Shown piece by piece: positions 61,301-64,000 of a DNA stretch of 64,000 bases (within the stretch, counting starts at the first letter, position 1; each line of letters begins with the position of its first letter). The notes beneath the pieces are model-generated. The model saw only the letters and a program-made list of their open reading frames with translations. It was not told the DNA's origin and did not search any database. Made by a program: the position numbers and the translations under genes. Source of the DNA: Dehalococcoidia bacterium (lineage in GTDB: Bacteria; Chloroflexota; Dehalococcoidia; Lucifugimonadales; Australimonadaceae); assembly GCA_965116305.1 (NCBI GenBank), contig OZ220673.1, positions 469,784 through 533,783 of the forward strand. Direction: 5' to 3'.

Positions 61301-61696
61301 ATGGGAACGACAACACTCGCCGTGCGGTCGCTCGCGATCGCAGTGCTCGGGGCTGCGGCGCTCGTGTCGCTGAGCGCGTTGCGCGACTGGCTGGGCGACT
61401 GGGCGGCGTTGTTCTGGACGTGCGGGACGATGTTCTTCCCGTGGGTGGCGGGGATGGCAGTAGGGCGACGGATAGGCGTGGATGCAACCGCCAAGCTCAC
61501 AGGAGCGGCTATCGGCATCGTCGTTGTGATCGCGCCGCTGTACGCGTTCGCGGCCATGCCACTGCGCGACGCTCCGGTGAACGGCGACTGGTGGATGCTT
61601 GCGGGGCCGTTCGCGGCGCTTGGCGCGGTGCTCGGCGGCATGGCGCTGCCGGTGGGCGTGCGGGTACGGAGCGCGCGGACGCGGGCGGAGGCGTAG
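61301..61696 (+). CDS. Hypothetical integral membrane protein
   Basis: 131-aa ORF with about four hydrophobic helices. I recognise no domain. Confidence 0.45.
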   Translation: MGTTTLAVRSLAIAVLGAAALVSLSALRDWLGDWAALFWTCGTMFFPWVAGMAVGRRIGVDATAKLTGAAIGIVVVIAPLYAFAAMPLRDAPVNGDWWMLAGPFAALGAVLGGMALPVGVRVRSARTRAEA

Positions 61697-61735
61697 CCCT
61701 CACCCGCGCTGAGCGCGGACCTCCGCAGGAACGAC
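61696..61735. repeat. Short repeat fragment (C-type)
   Basis: GCCCTCACCCGCGCTGAGCGCGGACCTCCGCAGGAACGAC. Confidence 0.6.
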
Positions 61736-61778
61736 AGTAGAACGTGGAATGACAGTGGGGGGAGGGAGTACCTCTGAT

Positions 61779-62543
61779 ATGGCAACGCTTGCAGGCAAGA
61801 CAGCGCTCGTGACCGGCGGGGCGAGCGGCATCGGAAAGGCGATAGCCGAGCGCTTCGCGGAGGAGGGGGTGCACGTCATCGTCAACAACGTCACGGAGAC
61901 CGGCAGCAAGGTCGCGGAGGCCATCGGCGGGTCGTTCGTGCAGGCCGACCTCTCGGACTCGGAGCAGACGCGGTATCTGGCCGACGAGGTGCTGCGCGAG
62001 CACGGCGGCGTGGACATCCTCGTGAACAACGCGGGCGTCCAGCACGTCGCGCCCATCGAGGAGTTCCCGGAGGAGGAGTGGTCGCGGATGCTCCAGATCA
62101 TGCTGACCGCTCCCTTCCAGTTGACGAAACACCTGTTGCCCACGATGAAGGAGCGGGGCTGGGGGCGCATCATCAACATGTCGTCGGTGCACGGCCTCAT
62201 CGCCAGCCCGAACAAGTCCGCCTACATCGCCGCCAAGCACGGCATCGTGGGGCTGACCAAGGCGACCGCCGTGGAGGCGGGAGCGTTCGGCGTCACTGCG
62301 AACGCCATCTGCCCGTCGTTCGTGCGGACGCCGCTGGTCGAGAACCAGCTACCGGACCTCGCGCGGATGGCAGGCGTGAGCCTCGACGACGTGGTGGAAC
62401 AGGTGGTGCTCGCGCAGGCGGTGGTCAAGCGGTTCATCGAGCCGGAGGAGGTCGCGGGGCTGGCGCTGTTCCTTGCATCGGATGCGGGCAGCGCGCTCAC
62501 CGGCGCGACGTACAACATAGACCTCGCGTGGACGGCCCGCTGA
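61779..62543 (+). CDS. Short-chain dehydrogenase (3-hydroxybutyrate dehydrogenase-like)
   Basis: MATLAGKTALVTGGASGIGKAIA, NNAGVQHVAPIEEF and YIAAKHGIVGLTK. The ORF-track start is 61749. Confidence 0.85.
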   Translation: MATLAGKTALVTGGASGIGKAIAERFAEEGVHVIVNNVTETGSKVAEAIGGSFVQADLSDSEQTRYLADEVLREHGGVDILVNNAGVQHVAPIEEFPEEEWSRMLQIMLTAPFQLTKHLLPTMKERGWGRIINMSSVHGLIASPNKSAYIAAKHGIVGLTKATAVEAGAFGVTANAICPSFVRTPLVENQLPDLARMAGVSLDDVVEQVVLAQAVVKRFIEPEEVAGLALFLASDAGSALTGATYNIDLAWTAR

Positions 62544-62610
62544 CGTTTGACGACCGGCCAAGACAGGCGTACGCTCGCGCCATCGTCCGACCGTATGGAG
62601 GAGGTTCGCG

Positions 62611-63690
62611 ATGACGACGACGCAGGATGCTCCGGCCGGTGTGCTCGACCTCTCCGGTGAGGTGCTGATCTCCGCCGACTCCCACGTGATGGAGGAGCCG
62701 GACTTCTGGCACAGCAAGCTGCCCGACAACCTGAAGGGCGACGTTCCCGAATTCCCTCCGCGCCCCAAGACGGGCACCGAGATGGACGACCAGCGCCCCG
62801 GCGGCTACGACCCGAACGAGCGCATCACCGAGATGGAGACGGACGGCGTCTCCGCCGAGGTGCTCTACCCGACGCTCGGCCTGCGGCTGTTCAGCCTCGA
62901 GAGCCCGGAGGCGCAGGAGGCGTGCTTCCGCATCTACAACGACTGGCTGATGGAGTACTGCTCCATCGCTCCGAAGCGGCTCGTCGGCATCCCGTGTATC
63001 TCCACCTACGACATCGACAAGGCTGTTGCAGAGCTGTACCGGACGCATGAGGGCGGGCTGTACGGCGCGCTCGTGTGGCAGGTGCCGTACCCGGAACCGG
63101 AGCTACAGTTCACGAGCGCGCACTACGACAAGCTCTGGGCGGCGATGCAGGAGTTGGACGTGCCGGCGCACCTGCACATCCTGACCGGCTTCGACTACAG
63201 CGCGCACACGAACTTCGGCGACCGGCGGGGTAATCACCTGCTTGCCCACCGCGGCTCCGTGAACCTCAAGCTGCAGAGCGTTACGAACTCGCTGTTCGAC
63301 CTCATCTTCACCGGCGTGTTCGAGCGCTTTCCCAAGCTGAAAGTGGTGGTGGTGGAGAGCGAGATCGGGTGGATACCGTTCGTGCTCCAGCAGTGGGACT
63401 ACTACTTCAAGCGGTTCAGGGAGTCCCGGCCGATGCCGATGACGATGCTGCCGAGCGAGTACTTCTACCGCAACTGCTACGCCACGTTCTTCAACGACTA
63501 CGTGGGCGGGCAGTTGCTCTCCTGGTGGGGGCAGGACAACTGCATGTGGTCCACGGACTACCCGCACCCGAACTCGCCGTGGCCGAACTCGCGGCGGGTG
63601 CTCGCGGAGAACCTCGGTCACCTGCCGGCGGAGACGATCCACAAGCTGGTGAACACGAACGTCCGGAAGCTGTACCCCATCGAGGGGTAG
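62611..63690 (+). CDS. Amidohydrolase-2 (ACMSD-like) family protein
   Basis: LISADSHVMEP, PAHLHIL and WSTDYPHPNSPW. Confidence 0.8.
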   Translation: MTTTQDAPAGVLDLSGEVLISADSHVMEEPDFWHSKLPDNLKGDVPEFPPRPKTGTEMDDQRPGGYDPNERITEMETDGVSAEVLYPTLGLRLFSLESPEAQEACFRIYNDWLMEYCSIAPKRLVGIPCISTYDIDKAVAELYRTHEGGLYGALVWQVPYPEPELQFTSAHYDKLWAAMQELDVPAHLHILTGFDYSAHTNFGDRRGNHLLAHRGSVNLKLQSVTNSLFDLIFTGVFERFPKLKVVVVESEIGWIPFVLQQWDYYFKRFRESRPMPMTMLPSEYFYRNCYATFFNDYVGGQLLSWWGQDNCMWSTDYPHPNSPWPNSRRVLAENLGHLPAETIHKLVNTNVRKLYPIEG

Positions 63691-63740
63691 GGCGTTAGCC
63701 CAGCTGCGTGCGCTGGCTGCGCACGTGACCTGCCGGTCAC

Positions 63741-63824
63741 CTGGATTCCAGCTTTCGCTGGAATGACGGGGATCGTGGCCGCCGTTCGCCTTCACCCTAA
63801 CCCTCTCCCTTTGCAGGGAGCGGG
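63741..63824. repeat. Intergenic repeat cluster (A plus B)
   Basis: CTGGATTCCAGCTTTCGCTGGAATGACGGGG and TTCACCCTAACCCTCTCCCTTTGCAGGGAGCGGG. Confidence 0.8.
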
Positions 63825-63826
63825 AA

Positions 63827-64000
63827 TCAGGCAGGCCAGGAGGCGCGGTGTTCCTTGCGGACGACGAACCGCAGGCCCGACCAGGTCTCGTCTATGGCGC
63901 AGACCTTGTTGTCGACGAGCCCTATGGGGAGTATGACCTCACGCAGCACGTCCTCGGTGAGGTCGGTCGGCACGCTGGAGGAGCGTTTCGGCCACGCGAT
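63827..64000 (-). CDS. 3' end of an unidentified CDS that runs off the right edge
   Basis: Hand translation gives ...IAWPKRSSSVPTDLTEDVLREVILPIGLVDNKVCAIDETWSGLRFVVRKEHRASWPA, with the stop at 63827-63829. No family recognised. Confidence 0.3.
   Translation of the reverse strand: MAWPKRSSSVPTDLTEDVLREVILPIGLVDNKVCAIDETWSGLRFVVRKEHRASWPA

Overview
High-GC, gene-dense bacterial chromosome segment, visually about 65-70 % G+C. The taxon cannot be determined from sequence alone; the gene content (F420 biosynthesis, EF-Tu sequence, repeat style) would fit a Chloroflexota-like organism, but that is a guess. I can support about 60 protein genes and 3 tRNAs.

Layout, left to right:
1. Minus-strand translation cluster: tRNA-Thr, tRNA-Tyr, tRNA-Thr, tuf, rpmG, secE, nusG, rplK, rplA, rplJ.
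2. A roughly 9 kb accessory island directly next to the tRNAs. It holds a translationally coupled type I R-M operon (hsdM, a nuclease-fold passenger, hsdS, brnT, and a brnA-like N-terminus in frame with hsdR), plus two small phage-like genes.
3. Trehalose and osmotic-stress genes: otsA, otsB, mscS.
4. A fused EtfB-EtfA gene, a DUF3179 protein and comM.
5. A type I PKS locus: alpha/beta hydrolase, PPTase, free carrier protein, a 3,363-3,370-aa KS-AT-DH-cMT-ER-KR-ACP-KS-(vestigial AT) megasynthase, and a divergent acyl-CoA ligase.
6. A RepA-like ATPase left over from a mobile element.
7. scoA/scoB, hicBA, a DtxR-family regulator, and ThDP and amidohydrolase enzymes.
8. An F420 cluster: cofG, cofH, cofD, cofC and an LLM oxidoreductase.

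Nearly every intergenic gap is filled with several families of short palindromic repeats. At three places these repeats lie inside coding sequence.

Most interesting observations:
- The layered R-M / BrnT / nuclease-fold operon.
- The unusual PKS: degenerate terminal AT, KR Tyr-to-His substitution, and a 42-nt repeat inserted in frame.
- The repeat families themselves.
- A conserved ~45-nt element found upstream of three genes.

All functional calls come from my own reading of the translated ORFs. No database search was run.
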